The position numbers and the translations under genes are program-made. From Armatimonadota bacterium (GTDB taxonomy: Bacteria > Sysuimicrobiota > Sysuimicrobiia > Sysuimicrobiales > Humicultoraceae), in NCBI GenBank assembly GCA_037443365.1, contig JBBIOM010000039.1, positions 1 through 16,198 on the forward strand: a DNA stretch of 16,198 bases. The letters are read 5' to 3'. Below the pieces are notes generated by a model, which worked only from the letters and a program-made list of their open reading frames with translations, was not told the DNA's origin and did not search any database. This document shows positions 15,066 to 16,198 of the stretch, piece by piece. The stretch's first letter is position 1. Each line of letters opens with the position of its first letter.

Positions 15066-16151
15066 GTGCCGCGAGAAACCCGGAACCCCCCACCTACCAT
15101 CAAGCAGGTCGCTATCCTCGCCCGCGTCTCGATCAAGACAGTCTCCAGGGTCATCAACGGGGAAGAGTATGTGCACGATGATACCCGGCGTCGGGTGACG
15201 CGCGCGATTCGGCGCCTGAACTACCGCCCCAACGCGCTTGCGCGGAGTCTGGTCACGCGACGGTCCCGCTCGATCGGTCTGGTGATCGCCGACATCGTCA
15301 ATCCCTTCTTTCCGCCGCTGGTCCGGGCGGTAGAGGACGCCGCGGCCGCCCGGGGGTACAATGTGATTCTCTGCGACACGGATGAAGACGCGACCCGCGA
15401 GCGTGCGGTGATCTCTGTCCTGCTGGAGAAGCAGGTTGACGGCCTGATCCTCTGTGCCTCGCGCGTTCCGTCGGGCTATTTGAAGGGGTTGGCTGGCGAG
15501 GGAGTGCCCCTGGTCCTGGTCAACCGTGTGCTGGCCCACCCGCGGGCTGCCGCTGTGGTCGTCGATGGCGCAGAGGGCGGGCGACGGGCCACCACGCACA
15601 TGCTCGATCTCGGGCACCGGCGCATCGCCTACCTGGCGGGCCCGGCGGGGTCGTTCTCGCACCGCAGCCGGCTGCGAGGGTACCGCGAGGCGCTGGCGAC
15701 CCGAAAGATAGTGTTCGATCCAAGCCTGGTGGCTGGCGGCATCGCCTCGATTGCGGCCGGCCGCCAAGCCATGGCCGCGCTGCTCGACCTGAAGCGGCCG
15801 CCGAGCGCGGTGTTCGCCTTCGACGACCTGATGGCGATCGGCGCGATAGAGGAGGTCCACCGGCGCGGGTGCCGCGTCCCGGAAGACGTTGCGATCGTCG
15901 GGTTCGACGATATTGATCTGGCGGCGTTTGTTGATCCCCCGCTGACGACGGTGGCGCAGCCCAAGGCCGAGATGGGCCGGCTCGCGGCCCTCCGCCTGCT
16001 GGAGATGGTCGAGAACTCATCGCCTCCCAGAGCCCGGACCATGACGCTGACTCCCGAGCTGGTCATCCGCCGCTCCTGCGGCGCCCGCAGCATCCCGACC
16101 ATCCGCGCCCCCGGCACGCCCGGCCCATCACTCAAGGAGGCCTCCACATGA
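15066..16151 (+). CDS. LacI/GalR family transcriptional regulator
   Basis: HTH TIKQVAILARVSIKTVSRVIN, hinge YRPNALARSL, NPFF, LGHRRIAYL, DLMAIGA, VPEDVAIVGFDD, PPLTTVAQP. Start reassigned to GTG 15066 behind GGAGG. Confidence 0.96.
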   Translation: MPRETRNPPPTIKQVAILARVSIKTVSRVINGEEYVHDDTRRRVTRAIRRLNYRPNALARSLVTRRSRSIGLVIADIVNPFFPPLVRAVEDAAAARGYNVILCDTDEDATRERAVISVLLEKQVDGLILCASRVPSGYLKGLAGEGVPLVLVNRVLAHPRAAAVVVDGAEGGRRATTHMLDLGHRRIAYLAGPAGSFSHRSRLRGYREALATRKIVFDPSLVAGGIASIAAGRQAMAALLDLKRPPSAVFAFDDLMAIGAIEEVHRRGCRVPEDVAIVGFDDIDLAAFVDPPLTTVAQPKAEMGRLAALRLLEMVENSSPPRARTMTLTPELVIRRSCGARSIPTIRAPGTPGPSLKEAST

Positions 16152-16198
16152 GGATCAACTGCTGCTGGCTCTACGCCATCGACAAGTACGGCTACCCG
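16148..16198 (+). CDS. Start of a downstream gene coupled to lacI (MRINCCWLYAIDKYGYP...), possibly another TIM-barrel sugar isomerase/epimerase
   Basis: ATGA overlap with the lacI stop and RBS AAGGAGG; open to the window edge. Only 17 codons are visible, so the product call is weak. Confidence 0.55.
   Translation, partial: MRINCCWLYAIDKYGYP

Larger units (their letters stand above)
14921..15205 (+). repeat. Diverged direct repeat, copy 2 (intact divergent promoter/operator block plus lacI 5' end)
   Basis: Homologous to 12791-13018 as described for copy 1. Confidence 0.95.

Noticed and set aside
12791-15205. IS or composite transposon explanation for the direct repeats
   Set aside because: No transposase or integrase and no terminal inverted repeats; the repeat is promoter plus lacI sequence.

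Overview
GC-rich bacterial window holding a LacI-regulated, apparently catabolic carbohydrate or amino-sugar locus. The minus strand carries, from right to left: a URO-D-family (MtaA/CmuA-like) putative methyltransferase, a B12-binding corrinoid protein, a cupin, a CUT1 sugar ABC transporter (SBP plus two permeases, no adjacent ATPase), a Gfo/Idh/MocA dehydrogenase, a xylose-isomerase-like TIM barrel, a DegT/RifK-like PLP aminotransferase, a neutral-ceramidase-like amidohydrolase, an AfuABC/FbpABC-type ABC transporter and a second TIM barrel that runs off the left edge. The plus strand carries a divergent lacI-family gene and the first 17 codons of a further gene. The most notable non-coding signal is a diverged direct repeat (12791-13018 versus 14921-15205, about 78% identical by hand count) bracketing the corrinoid and methyltransferase pair. 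Each copy has back-to-back sigmaH-like promoter motifs, two LacI-type operators 99 bp apart and a stem with compensatory substitutions. The left copy ends in a lacI 5' remnant with an in-frame 57-bp deletion covering the HTH. The gene set suggests, by inference only, cobalamin-dependent demethylation coupled to keto-sugar and amino-sugar breakdown. I found no rRNA, tRNA, CRISPR array or transposase.
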